This document shows, piece by piece, positions 36,441-48,398 of a stretch of 64,000 nt of DNA. The notes beneath the pieces were generated by a model that was not told the DNA's origin, searched no databases, and saw only the letters and a program-made list of their open reading frames with translations. The position numbers and the translations under genes are program-made. Source of the stretch: Saprolegnia diclina VS20 (taxonomy: Eukaryota); assembly GCF_000281045.1 (NCBI RefSeq), contig NW_008246094.1, positions 227,261-291,260 of the forward strand, read 5' to 3'. Position 1 is the first letter of the stretch, and each line of letters starts with the position of its first letter.

Positions 36441-37764
36441 ATGGGGGGTACGCAGTCGGCGCCGGTCACGGACGCGACGCCATTCTCCGTGGTTCCGTCC
36501 GCTCCGGCGATCCCCAAGGCGCTGCGGACGTCGGTCGTTGGCGAGAACGAGGACGGAGCATTCTCTCGGGCGGCCAAGCTCGCGCAAGCCGCGCCGCAAC
36601 TCTCCATGGTGCGTCCGCACCTGTTGATCGCCGGCCACCGCGCGCAGTGGCCAACTACAGGCGACTACGCACTGATCAACTGCGCACGCGAAGCGCTCTT
36701 TCCCGACGACTGCGTTCCGCCGGCACATGTCCGACCGATCCTGTCGCTGGCGCTGCGGGACGGGCCGAGCCAAGAGCTATTGCCGTTCTTGCCGCGCGTG
36801 CTCGCGGCCATGGCCGAGGCTCCGTGCACCGTCGTGGTGCTCTGCCAGCAAGGCGTGTCGCGGTCCTGTTCGTTTGCGATCGCAGCGCTCATGTGCATCG
36901 AAGGCCTCTCGTACGCCGACGCCTTTGCGAATGTGAAAGCGGCCCGCTCGATCTGCAGCCCCAACCCAGGCTTTCTCTGTCAGCTCCTCGAGCTCGAGAC
37001 GTGCCGCATCGACCGCACCAAGCGGCCGCATGTCTATTGCTACGGCCCCCACGGTGCACACGATGCTGATACGTGGGTGCTCACCGCGTGTCGTGTGCCC
37101 AATACGCGCAGCGCCGCTCATCCGACACAAGTTGAGCGCCACCCCAAGGCTCTTTTCGCCTACTGCGCGCCGGAAGCCGTGTATGTGTGGTGCGGTGCGG
37201 CCGCCGAGGTGTCCCGCGTCGCTTCGATGGAGCACGAGATTCGCGAGGTACATGTACACAGCAAGCTGCATCTTCAGCAACTTCAGGTGCTCATGCGCAT
37301 TGGTGTAGCTCTACGCGCGGGTATGGAACGAAGCGTGCCCGCGGATCGCACTCGAATACGAGGGTCGGGAGTCGGCAGACTTCCTATCGCTGGTGCCAAC
37401 GACATCCGAGATAGCCTTTGCCTACGGCTGCTACGACCTGGTTGCGCCACCACCGCCGCCATCCCTCGGTGTCGAACCAGAGACCGTCGACACCGCCAGT
37501 GTCGTCTTATCAGTGGCGACTGATCTCGATGGACCGTGGGAGGTACTGCGCGAGTACGACAGCAGCGACTTGGTGCCCGACGCGATCGCTTGGCTGCAGT
37601 TAGCCTCGACGGCGTTCGTGTGGCTTGGCGCCGACCTTCCGGCCATGCCCAATGATGTCGTTCTCGCCAAGCTATCCGCCGCTGGAGCCATCGGGCTTCT
37701 CACGATCGTCCGCCAAGGCGACGAAGGCGAGGCTTTCTGGGACGCTTATGAGAGCGGCTACTGA
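36441..37764 (+). CDS. Dual-specificity phosphatase with gelsolin-like segments (plant MKP1-like architecture)
   Basis: LRDG general-acid loop, LCQQGVSRS, SPNPGFLCQL, and gelsolin-like VYVWCG and FVWLG...RQGDEGEAFW. MGGTQS is a myristoylation-type N-terminus. Confidence 0.8.
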
Positions 37765-38049
37765 TCCCGCAAAGATCTGATACCGCGCGTAATGAAATCA
37801 ACTCATGATCTGACTCGGTGGTGAAGCTGGGTTTCTTTTGTGGCAAGATCCATCCGATGCGTCCGACATAGGACACATGAGTGCGTCCTTGGCCTGTCAG
37901 CGACGTGGTCGCCTCCCACATTGCGTGTGTCTCTTGGCCGCGGTGCGGCGACAAGCAATCGGCGGCGCGTCATGAATCAGAGCTCATGATCGCAACAAAG
38001 TGACAGGCGCCTCGAGATGATCCGCCGCTGCCGTGCCATGCCTGTCCCG

Positions 38050-38760
38050 CCTACAGTCGTAGGAGTATCGTCGACTGCCGTGGGCCTCTTGGCACTCGAC
38101 GCGATCGTGCACGCTTGTATGATTCGTGCAAGAGTCGGTCGCGCGCCGGCGATGAGGTCGACATCGGTGTTCTTTGGGTCAAAGCCGGTGAGCGACAATG
38201 ATGACGGCAGGTGCCACACCATCGACAGCGTTCGCACCACAGAGTCTCTCGCACATAGAATCATACCTTATTGTATCGGACCAGATGTACTACTCGACGT
38301 CGCCAATCTATCGCGCGCAAGTGATAGGATGCTACTCGTCTCGATGGCCAAGTGGTCGTCGCACTCACGCCGTCGCCTGTCGACCGAGTCGCGCGGACGT
38401 ACAGGCTGGGCGAGCGGGGCGACGCCGTGCTGCCACGTCATAGGTGTCACGGCACTGACCACCTGTGTCTTCCGTCCCGACGCCGCAAGACCAGACCGTC
38501 ACGAGGTGGGTCGTTGAGCAATTCGACCTCGTGTAATGTGGGCGGTAACACAGCGTCGCTGCCGTCGTCGCGTTGGGTGGTGCCAGCCCACCGCCCAACG
38601 TCGGAAGCGCGCTTGCGTCGCCACCGTGTGCAGGAGATGCAGATCTTAGGACCTTTCAGCGACTTGGCGGAACGGCCATGTGATTGCATGCGGCGCGCCA
38701 CGTGCGTTCCGACACCCCCGCGAACGCATTACTGCGTCCGATGTCGCGCTCGAAATTCGG
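38050..38760 (-). pseudogene. Possible decayed TKL-type protein kinase remnant
   Basis: Scattered fragments ITWPFRQVAE..DLH (VIa-like) and LIAGARPTL..IIQACT..KRPTA (X-XI-like), with stops and frameshifts; by-eye match only. Confidence 0.25.
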
Positions 38761-39142
38761 ATATTGCCGCGTTCAATTCGGATAGTGCCGATTTGGAGGC
38801 ATTTCACACCGTGTTTTAGGATGTGAAAAATACGAGCGATCGTGTATGTCCACAGCATCGTCTCGCCACCCGACATGCCGCACCCGGCATGCAGGTGACG
38901 CCCTCGACATCACCAAGAGCAGTCGGATGGCATATTCAGCAAGCATCGGGATACCTTGGTACGCCAGGCAGAGAACAATCAATCCATTCGACGATATTGA
39001 TGCATCGATGGCAACAGAGAAAGGTCGTCCAGGCGAGCTCAACGGAGGAACACAGCAAGACACGCTGACGAGCCTTGCGCCATAAATGCGCAGCCGAGAG
39101 CCAAAGACGCCTCGAACATGATGCGACTAGTATTGTTGACAG

Positions 39143-39193
39143 GACCATCAACCGCCTCGACCATCAACCGCCTCGACCATCGACCGCCTCGAC
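39143..39193. repeat. 16-bp tandem repeat x3 (GACCATCAACCGCCTC)
   Basis: Read directly; one mismatch in the third copy. Confidence 0.93.
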
Positions 39194-39576
39194 ATTCTGT
39201 TTGGTGCCAGATGAGGCAACCCCAACTGCACTGAAGACATCCGGCTCCAGCTACGAAGTACAGGCGGCATGTACCGCAGACAACGTCGACGCGTCATCGC
39301 TGCGAGAGCACCGTCATTGCATTTAGGACCTCTACGCCAATGCGTATGAATTGAGGAAGCTAGTCGGCCCCGCCAGCTGCCGGGCAGCATACTACCGACA
39401 GGGTAGGCGATGATTCTTGTAACGCGACGACGACATCTCGTCGTCGTGTGATGGCAGCGTGATTTTCACGCGTGAAAAACACGTGGCGTCCTAATTCACC
39501 AAAGTCAACAAAATGGCGCGCCTGAGAAATCGCACCTGCGGGCCAGTTTGCCTTTTTGCCTCACCACAGCAGCAGC

Positions 39577-41571
39577 ATGATGATGATGTCCAACGCCGGG
39601 AACGCGAGCGTGCTGCACATCAGCCCCATGGTCACGGGCAAGGAGGAGAAGGAGAAGATCATCTTCAAGCGCCGCCTCGACGCGCTCGGGCTCAAGGGCC
39701 TGCCGGGCCACATCACGGCGCAGATGCAGCAAGTCGCAGTCGCCAAAGCCGACGCGCTCGTGCGCTTGGCCTCGCCCAACCCCATGGCGTCGGCAACTTC
39801 GTCGTCGTCCAAGCCCCTCATGAAGACCGCGTGGAACTACGTCAAGGACAAGAACGGGGTCTTGCTCTACGAGGGCCTCGCCGAGTCGGGCGAGTACATG
39901 GTCAAAGCCACCGTGAACACATCGAGCAGCGTCGCCAACGCGATCGCACAGCTCCGTCTCGACAGCACCGAGCTGCTCAACGAAACCTTCAATGCGCTCG
40001 GGAAGCCGGCCTTCTACACGGGCGACCACATTCTCAGCGTCAACTGCGACCCGCTACCCCCGTTGCACCTCGCGTGGATGGCGTGGTCGACCGAAGGCGT
40101 CGAGATCAAGGACTTTGTCTTTCTCGCGCACGCTCAGCTCTTTGCGTCGCCGACCAACCAATCGACACCGCGCATTGGCACGATGGTGTGGGAGTCGGTC
40201 GACGTCGTCGCCGCCCGGTACCCGAACGCGACGCGCGGTCTCTTCAAGCACACGGGCATCGTCGTGACGGGGAGCGACGACGCCGACGACGAAAACTGCC
40301 AGATCTCGCTCGTCTTTTGCCTCGAAAAGCACACCAAGCGCCTCAAGTGGATGCAAACTTTCGCACTCGACTTTGTTGCGAGCCTCCGGACCGCGTCCGC
40401 CGCCCGCATCGCGGTGGCGACGACCGCCGACTTTGGCGACGAGATGCACTGCGGCGTGTGTCTCAAGACGTTTGGTCTCTTCCGGCGGCGGCACCACTGC
40501 CGCATGTGCGCGCACGCCATTTGCACCCAGTGCTCGACCAATGTGATGCTCGACCAGATCGGCGAGAAGGGCCGGAAGGGTGTGCGAGCGTGCCTCCACT
40601 GCGCGTCGCGGCCCAAGCAGCACCGCGTGCTGCGCTCCCACGTGCAGAGCGACGACACGACGTCGCCAAAGAGCGTCCACTCGCAGCTCGTGTCGCCCGA
40701 GAGCGAGTTTTCCCACCTCTCGTCCGTCAACACCAACTGCAACAGCAACCACAATATCAGTAGTAACAACGTGCGTGCGACCGCCAACATGAGCGCAAGC
40801 AGCAACGGCCCACTCCCGCGCAAGGCGTCAGACCAGTCGCTCTTTGGCACCGACCGCGGGCACCGCGTCGTGACCACATCCACCAACAACAACAATAGCG
40901 CACCGGGGCTCCGCGACTCGGCGCGGCTGCCAGCGCGACGCATGTCGGGCGGCGTGTCCAACCCGTCGCTTGGCTCGCTCTCGACGACGGCCACGAGCAC
41001 GCTCCACAGCCAAAGCGGAAGCTACCAAAACGTACTCGACGCGCTCGAGCCCGAGCCGAGCTTGGCGCGGCACCCGAGCGCGCCCCGGATCGCGCCGCCG
41101 TCGCTCTCGCGCCAGTCGAGTGGCCAGCGCTCCGAGGCGTCGCTCTCTCGCCACGGCAGCATTCCACGCATTGTGCCCAAACCACGCTCTGAAGTCGGCG
41201 TCTCCCGCGCCCCGCGGCGCCCGCAGTCGAGTAGTGCGTCGTCGGCGCCCCGGTCCGAGGTGGGCGTCGCCAGCCGCGGTTTGCAGAGCAAAGCCCCGGC
41301 ACCCGTGGTGCGCGAACGCGTCGGCCAGCACATGATCCAGCTCGTCGAGGACGCGGGCGGCATGATCAAGCTCGTGAACCCGCTCAACATGTTCAACGAG
41401 CACGTCGAGATGGACGCGCTGGACTCGCTCATCGCCAAGCAGCCGTCCGACTTGATCCCGCTTTTGGAAGAGAATTTGTCGGCGGAGACACTGCCGACGC
41501 TCGGGTCGCGGCCATCGGACCTCGCGTTCCGCCCCACGTTTATCAGTGTCACGAGCGACACGGAGTTTTAA
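39577..41571 (+). CDS. START-like + FYVE zinc-finger protein with a Ser-rich tail
   Basis: CGVCLKTFGLFRRRHHCRMCAHAICTQCS...RACLHC; upstream WNYVKDKNGVLLY...KDFVFL helix-grip-like region. Confidence 0.88.
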   Translation: MMMMSNAGNASVLHISPMVTGKEEKEKIIFKRRLDALGLKGLPGHITAQMQQVAVAKADALVRLASPNPMASATSSSSKPLMKTAWNYVKDKNGVLLYEGLAESGEYMVKATVNTSSSVANAIAQLRLDSTELLNETFNALGKPAFYTGDHILSVNCDPLPPLHLAWMAWSTEGVEIKDFVFLAHAQLFASPTNQSTPRIGTMVWESVDVVAARYPNATRGLFKHTGIVVTGSDDADDENCQISLVFCLEKHTKRLKWMQTFALDFVASLRTASAARIAVATTADFGDEMHCGVCLKTFGLFRRRHHCRMCAHAICTQCSTNVMLDQIGEKGRKGVRACLHCASRPKQHRVLRSHVQSDDTTSPKSVHSQLVSPESEFSHLSSVNTNCNSNHNISSNNVRATANMSASSNGPLPRKASDQSLFGTDRGHRVVTTSTNNNNSAPGLRDSARLPARRMSGGVSNPSLGSLSTTATSTLHSQSGSYQNVLDALEPEPSLARHPSAPRIAPPSLSRQSSGQRSEASLSRHGSIPRIVPKPRSEVGVSRAPRRPQSSSASSAPRSEVGVASRGLQSKAPAPVVRERVGQHMIQLVEDAGGMIKLVNPLNMFNEHVEMDALDSLIAKQPSDLIPLLEENLSAETLPTLGSRPSDLAFRPTFISVTSDTEF

Positions 41572-42559
41572 ATTAATTTGCCTCGCAGTTCTTCCAGCCA
41601 ATCATCTTGCGTCCTACACACGGCAACCTGCCGCCGAACGGTCCAACGAGTACCGAACCACCGCGTCCAGCCACGTACAATGTACCGTCCGAGTAGCTGG
41701 ACTGCGTCCGAGTTGGCGCCAGAGGGAGGAAAATACGTTCTGAGCGTCTCAAATTTGGTGGATTCCCGAGGATTTTGAGGGCGTTTGAAAATATACCACC
41801 AAAATGCCACTGTGTAGTGTGTACACAACGTGTTGGCGAGTAGGGTTTACGTCGTGTTTGGTCGAGTTTGGTATTGCGACGACAGGAGGACGACCGACGG
41901 CCGGAAGAATCAGACGCTTGCACTCTCGTATTGTCGCCCAGCGGCGTCGCCAGAGCCAGAGTTTGCCAGACCACTCGGTGACGCACCGCCGCGCACGGTC
42001 GCCACCATCGCGCCACAGCACGTCGCCCTATTCCATTCTTGTGGACCCGTCAGAACGATCTTGGATTTGGCTGAGCCTGGCTCTAGCTACAAGAACGATC
42101 TTGGCTCAGCCAAGTTTGGCTTTAGCTCAGTTTGCCATCGCTTTACGGTTGTCGGTTGTATCTCGTCTCACGCAGTATCCACCATAGAGACGCGATTAGG
42201 GTCAGATAATCCCAGTAGGTTGGCTTACACCTAGCTCTCGGCGCATTGACATGCTTACAAGCACGCAACGCTGATGGAGGGCTCCTTGAGTATCTTCTGC
42301 TTGGCTTCACTTCGGAAGCTGCTTGCTTTGGGTACCAGTCTAGAGATAAGACAGTCTAATTGCGAGCGCAGATATGCAGTGTCATCTCTAGCCATGGCCT
42401 CCAAGGCGACAACGAGTTGTGTCGGCAAAGATTTGTGCACTGTGATTGGCTAAAATGACTTCAAGATCACCGACGTGGAGCCAATCGTGTGGCGGCGGTA
42501 CTTCAAGGTTATCCGTCGGTGGAATTCCCATTTTGCGTCCATCCGCCAAGACGAGAAGA

Positions 42560-44233
42560 ATGAGCATGGTCGTCGAGTGCTCGGTCCTGACCTTTGGCTG
42601 CAACGACGACGGGCAGCTCGGCCGTGGCGAGAAGAAGAAGCCCAGTGGCACCAGCATCGACGGCGTCTCGAGCGCCAACCAGCCGCAGCAGGTCGGCGCG
42701 CTCCGTGGCCTCGACATCACGGCCATCTCGTGCGGGTCGCGCCACTCGCTCGCGCTCGCATCCACGGGCGACGTCTTCTCGTGGGGCTGGGGCCAGATGG
42801 GCCAGCTCGGCCACGGCAACCACAAGAGCCTCAACCTTCCGACGCCGATCGTTTACTTTGATGCGGCCAACATCAAGATCGCGTACGTCTCGGCCGGCGG
42901 GTGCCACTCGGGCGCGGTCTCGACCGACGGTACGACGCGACATTCCCTGCGTTCTCGACCTTACTTGTATTGGGATCCAGGGCGGGTCTTTATGTGGGGC
43001 GAAGCGCATTGGGGCCAGCTTGGCCTCTCGCCCGACTACAAGGACGTGCACCAGGCGATGCCGGCCGAGTGCAAGGTGCTTCCGCCCAACACGGACGAAA
43101 AGATCGTTGCCATTAGCTGCGGTACCTCTGCGCGTTCTCTTGACGGTAGCTCCACGTAATGTAGGTGGCACCCACACGGCGGCGCTGTCGGGTACGACGA
43201 CGACCTTGACCACGTGTGCCATGGCGCTTACCCTTTCTTAGACCAAGGCTACGTGTACACATGGGGCCGTCGCGACAACGGCCAGCTCGGGCTTGGCCGC
43301 GACTGGGTGCACATGGAGCCCGAAGCCGCCGACGGTACGTGCGGCACGAGCATTCCGACGCGCATCGATCCCGCCCAGTACCAGCCTTCTGCATTATTTT
43401 TCATTTTCAGCATTTTCGATGCATTAGATTTGACAACGAGCGCGTGATCCAAGTGTCGTGCGGCGCGTTCCACACTGCGGCCGTGACCGAGTCGGGTCAT
43501 GTCTACACGTACTGGACTGCCAATATATCTATATTGATTGATACATTGAAACTGGCGTAGGTGGGGCAAGGAAGACTATGGTATGCTCGGTGTCGGCCAC
43601 ACGCCCGACATCCACGTGCCGCGTCGCGTGCCCTTCTTCGAGTCGGTGCCCGCTGCGTACGTAGTCGACCTTTCCGAGTCTGTAACTCACGTATCGCGTG
43701 TAGGAGCGTGTCGTGCGGGGGCTGGCACACGGTCGTCGTCGGGCGCAACGGCAGCGCCTATGTCTTTGGCCGCGGCGAGTTTGGTCGCCTCGGCCTCGGC
43801 GACACGCGTGGCCACTCGCATCCGCGCAAGGTACGCTCCTCCTTGCACATCATGTCGAGGCATTGACGATGTCTTAAGGTTGAAGCGCTGGCCGAGCATA
43901 CCATCGTGCAGGCGGCGGCTGGTACAATTGATGGAGGCAAAGGTTATGGGTGGATGATGACCGTAGGCGGATCGCACACGCTCTTCTTGACGGACAAGGG
44001 CGAGGCGCTGAGCTGCGGACGCACCGAGTACGAGCGGACATGCTACCGATTGCCGTGCTCATGTAGACCATGTATGTAGCCATGGTCGCCTCGGCAACGC
44101 CGACCTCAAGCACTGCGCGACGCCCGAGCGCATTCTGGAGACGACCATGGGCACGATCCCTGTGGCTCAAGTGTCGGCGGGCGGGGCGCACTCGGCGTGC
44201 CTCCTCCACAGCTCGCACGTCGGGCACGCGTGA
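42560..44233 (+). CDS. RCC1-repeat (UVR8-like beta-propeller) protein, many short introns
   Basis: Repeated G.N..GQLG, ISCG..HS/T and V..WG motifs; the final exon ends VSAGGAHSACLLHSSHVGHA*. Confidence 0.9.
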
Positions 44234-44837
44234 AGCCATTGCAGTCCGTACACGCTAGCATGCACATAACGCGTCCGATGTAATATCGATTTCTTGCTTT
44301 ACTCAGGAGGACTGGGCAAGCCTGGACGTCGAGCAAGCCCAACGACAAGAGCGACGACCACCGTTCGGATCTGCCTGGCGGATCTGCAATGACCTCGCAA
44401 CTTGAACCAACGGCCGCAACCTGTACCACCTGCGTACGTATCGCAGACCTCGTCGCCAGCGTGCGGTCCTCCGCTGCCGTGCAACGTTGCAGGCGCCTCG
44501 CCGACGCCAGTGCAATGTCGCGTCTCGCCTCCACGGGCAAGACCATCCATACCTGCGCGTCCATCGGTCGCCCATGTACATATGGTCTTCGCCGATGATC
44601 CTGCGTGTACCTGCATCCACATGCCGCCACGTCCATGCGGCGTCGCCAGAGAATCGTTCGGCCACCGAAAATAAACTGGGCCTCTGCACTAAAAAACATG
44701 TCGGCGGATCAAAATACAATGCAAATCGTCATTTGTCATACAAAACCAGAGTTATTTATAATATTAAAAAAGTAATGTGCTGCAAAGTAAAAAAAATGTG
44801 CCCTCGGAGTGTTGATCGCCATTTTCCCAGACGCCGC

Positions 44838-46256
44838 ATGAGCCGCTACGTTCTGAGTCCACGCGCCGCTGCTGCCGGGGGCAGCGTCGGCACGTCCATG
44901 CTGCGCTACACGGCGGTACCTCGGGAGCACGAAGACGACGACCATGCGACGCCCGTCGAGGCCACGGTGCTCGTCTCGGACGCGCGGGCGACGTCACCAC
45001 GGTTGCGCCGGCGGTCGTCGGCCGACGAGGCCCACGCGACCGTCTCGTCGCCGCGCGCCGCGCCAACGCCTGCCGAGCCATCGCACCACGACGCGCCTGC
45101 GCTCGACCCGCTCGAAGATGTTGGCGGCAACCTCCGCATCCGCATTCTCGACCTCAACGGCAAGGTGTTTGAGATCTATGCCAACGCCACGTGGCCCGTG
45201 AGCCAGCTCAAGGCTGTCGTGCGCAACAAGAGCGGCGTCGACGAGAGCCGCCAGCGCCTTATTTACCGCGGGCGCGTCCTTGAGGACGAAGGCACGCTTA
45301 GCGAGTACAAGCTCGAGGACGGGCACACGGTGCACCTCTTTGTGCGGCAGGTGGCGACCCCGCCCGAGCCCGAGGCGGCGTCGCAAGCATCCTCAAGCAG
45401 CGTGCCGCCGCCCAACTTTAACTTTGACGACCACCACCACCAGATCCATTTTGGCGCAAACGAGACGATCACGTCGGCGGTCTTTCCGTCCGAGTCGGCG
45501 CGCCGCCTCGACCCGCTCATGCTCGACTCGCCGCTCGGGATCGCCGCGCGCCGCGTGAAACTCTGGGCGTCGTTCATCCTCATCATCAACACGATGAAGC
45601 TCCTCGGCGAATTTGCGTTTCTGGCCAACATGCGGGCCATGCACGCGCAGCGCAACGTCGACGCCAACATTGAGAAAATGTACAAGTACTCGCCGCTCTA
45701 CGACGGCAACTCGTACGTGACGGCCGCCAAGCTCTTCTCGTATGCGTGGGGCGTGTACGTCGGCTGCGTCGGCTTCAAGGCCGCGCACGACACGGATCTC
45801 CGGCCGATCCGCACGTACGTCTCGGGCATTGCTGTCCTTGCAGTCTTTTCGGTCGCCGAGCAAGCGTACGAGATTTTCCACTTTTCGCAGTGGGACCCCG
45901 TCGAGTACGAGCAAGTCAAGGCCAAGACGCAGATGTACGCGCAGCAAAAGCCGTCGCTCGACGAACTCATTCGGTCGTCGATCATCCAGACCTTTCTACT
46001 GGCGATCATGTGGTGCTGGGCCGTGCGCCACGCGGTGCTGCACAAGGAAGAGGTCGGCCACCACAATGCGATCCTTGCCGCCGCGGCCATGAGCGCCGTG
46101 CCATTGCCGCCGCTCGAGTCGATAGCCGCCGGCAACATTGAAGACCGCCCGGCCATGGTGCGCTCGTCGGCCGTGCCGCGCGAGACGACTCTGAGCGACA
46201 GCGAGAATGGCGCACCGCCGCCGCGGCCGCCGCAGCCCGTCCACGACATGGTATAG
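44838..46256 (+). CDS. Ubiquitin-like domain protein with about 4 TM segments
   Basis: VSQLK...QRLIYRGRVLEDEGTLSEYKLEDGHTVHLFVR followed by hydrophobic helices; start MSRYVLSP. Confidence 0.85.
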   Translation: MSRYVLSPRAAAAGGSVGTSMLRYTAVPREHEDDDHATPVEATVLVSDARATSPRLRRRSSADEAHATVSSPRAAPTPAEPSHHDAPALDPLEDVGGNLRIRILDLNGKVFEIYANATWPVSQLKAVVRNKSGVDESRQRLIYRGRVLEDEGTLSEYKLEDGHTVHLFVRQVATPPEPEAASQASSSSVPPPNFNFDDHHHQIHFGANETITSAVFPSESARRLDPLMLDSPLGIAARRVKLWASFILIINTMKLLGEFAFLANMRAMHAQRNVDANIEKMYKYSPLYDGNSYVTAAKLFSYAWGVYVGCVGFKAAHDTDLRPIRTYVSGIAVLAVFSVAEQAYEIFHFSQWDPVEYEQVKAKTQMYAQQKPSLDELIRSSIIQTFLLAIMWCWAVRHAVLHKEEVGHHNAILAAAAMSAVPLPPLESIAAGNIEDRPAMVRSSAVPRETTLSDSENGAPPPRPPQPVHDMV

Positions 46257-46522
46257 CACCCGATGCTGATAACGACTACACTAAATGCGATATACTACAA
46301 TTACAACTAAGCGTTCCGAGTACTAACTGGTACGCGACGAGTCAAAAAGGTAGAGTCGAACAGCGGCGGAAGACGGGACAAGCATGCAGTTGTGGCGTCG
46401 ACGAGAGCCAACGAGGTAGCGTGGTTTCGTTTTAGTCGAAGTTTTAGTTGAAGAGTGCTCAGTCCAATAATGTTGCTGACGAGATGCAAGACTCAGGAAT
46501 GGATGGCATTGGTCTAGTAGAA

Positions 46523-47734
46523 TTACAAGTGAACGATGTTTGGAGGCTGTAGGAGGCGACGATAGAGCTCGTCGAGCTCTCCCATGGCGCGAACGTCGCC
46601 TCGGACCGTGACGTAGGCGCGTAGGCAGCGATAGGCATCGATCGCCGCCACGGTGGACGGGGGCGGGTTTGCTGGCGGCACCGGAGGCTGCCACGTCATG
46701 GCCGGGTTGTTCATGGCACTGGCGTCTTCCGCAGCACGGTTCTCTGCAGCGTCCGCTTGCATTCCAGGTATTCCTTGCATTGCATCGATCGCTGCATCGA
46801 TGGCCTTTACTGCACCATCTTGATCGTCGGTGTCTTGATCGTCGGCGTCTTGGTCGTCGGCGTCTTGGTCGTCGTCGTCTTGGTCGTCCGAGCCACTACT
46901 ACTGTCGTCGCGCACGTCGGCTTGGGGACTCTCGATCGGGTTGCCGAGTTGCTTCGGTCGTCGTAGGTTGAGGCCGTTGCGCAGGCTGAACCGCCGCAGC
47001 CACCCGCCCGAGGCCTTGAACTCGTGCATGCCGAGCGTGTCGGCAATCTCTTTGGCCTTGGTTTGGAGGAGCGTGTTGGTGACGCGGCCGCTGTGCGCGC
47101 GCATCCAGTCGACGAGCGCGTCGTCGATGGCTTTGGTCGGGAAGACGGCCGTGAGCGTTCGCCGCGTGAGCGATGTCGTGCTGTTGCCACGCGTCTGCTG
47201 GTGTTGCATCTCGGCCCGGAGCACGTCGCTGCGTTGAAGGATCTTGCAGACAGTTTGCCGCCGCACGCCGTAGCGCGCGGCCATCGACACTTGGGACGCG
47301 CCGGCTGCGACGCCGTCGATGATCTCGATCTGCTCTTGGAGGGACATGCGCTTGCGCTTGATGGGCGCGCTCTTCGGGCCGGGAAGCACCTTGGCTTTGA
47401 GGTCCGGAAAGCGGCGAAGGAACGCGGCCAGCCACATCGGCGAGGCCGCAAAGTCGTCGAGGCCAAGTGTGCTGGCCATCGCTTTCGCTTGGTCGGCGAC
47501 CGCCTGCGCTGGGACGGTCCCGCTCCGCGCAGAGAGCCAGGCGGCGAGCGTGCCGCAAATGCGCGACGATGCATTCCTCGGGGTCGCTGGTCGCCGCGCG
47601 CGGGCGACATCCGGTGGATTGCGGGCTACAGGCCCGGCGCCAGCAAGCGATGCGATGTCTCGGACGGCCCCGGCCGCGTTGCTGTGACCGACCGGTGCGA
47701 CGCCGGGTTCCGCTTGCGTGAGCGTGCGAGGCAT
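46523..47734 (-). CDS. CENP-B/pogo-type HTH DNA-binding protein lacking a DDE domain
   Basis: Two Tc5-type HTHs (FAASPMWLAAFLRRF; FKASGGWLRRFSLRNGL) flank a CENP-B_N/psq-like HTH (KRKRMSLQEQIEII...ARYGVRRQTV); acidic DDQD repeats follow. Confidence 0.85.
   Translation of the reverse strand: MPRTLTQAEPGVAPVGHSNAAGAVRDIASLAGAGPVARNPPDVARARRPATPRNASSRICGTLAAWLSARSGTVPAQAVADQAKAMASTLGLDDFAASPMWLAAFLRRFPDLKAKVLPGPKSAPIKRKRMSLQEQIEIIDGVAAGASQVSMAARYGVRRQTVCKILQRSDVLRAEMQHQQTRGNSTTSLTRRTLTAVFPTKAIDDALVDWMRAHSGRVTNTLLQTKAKEIADTLGMHEFKASGGWLRRFSLRNGLNLRRPKQLGNPIESPQADVRDDSSSGSDDQDDDDQDADDQDADDQDTDDQDGAVKAIDAAIDAMQGIPGMQADAAENRAAEDASAMNNPAMTWQPPVPPANPPPSTVAAIDAYRCLRAYVTVRGDVRAMGELDELYRRLLQPPNIVHL
46818..46888 (-). 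repeat. 15-bp coding repeat (DDQD[DAT]) x about 5
   Basis: TCTTGRTCGTCGGYG-like units, read directly on the plus strand. Confidence 0.85.
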
Positions 47735-48398
47735 CTGTCTTGCGTTTTCATTGGCTCGTGGAAAGTAGTGGTTTAGTTAGTCGGAAAACTGGAGACTAGT
47801 CGATGGGCACATGACGTGGACGAACCACACAACACCGATACGGAGTCACGGACTCGCCTGCCAGTAATGGATGATGCATGAATGCGGTGGCTTCAACTGA
47901 CGCACTGCAACAAGTCGTGGGACCGCACCGCTACCCACATCACGAGAGAGCGCTGGCAGAGAGCGGACGTTAGTCTTGGCCCAGTAGGCGTTGATTCTGG
48001 CACCCTTGATTCTGGCCGAACTTAAGGCTTAAGGCGAGCGCTTGGGCTCTTAGCCGTCGCACGTCGTTTGGTAGCCGACGGCAGCGACGTCGTTAACGCC
48101 AGCCTTGGCACTGGCGCAAGGAGGCTGGTCTGTCGCTGCTCCAGTTTTCTCAGCAAGCTACTAGCACCTCGTGTTGTCCTGTGAATGGCGGACAGTTGGC
48201 AAAGACACTAGCGAGAGGAAGCGCCTTGCGCTCGCTGGTCGCGCTGCCGGTTGTTCTCCACAATGTTGTATCGCGCCCATCGATCGATGGCACTTCAACG
48301 TACACTATTCAAAGACGTTGCATATACTGTAGGCCCGTATCTTGGGCCAAGAATAGAGCGGCAACAGCCGTGGGAAAGGAAAACGCTCAAGCGACGGG

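Noticed and set aside
44487..44837. N-terminal extension of the UBL protein ORF
   Set aside because: Crosses AT-rich promoter-like DNA with atypical codon usage; the likely start is 44838.
46523..47734. Active Tc5/pogo transposon
   Set aside because: No DDE domain and no terminal inverted repeats seen.
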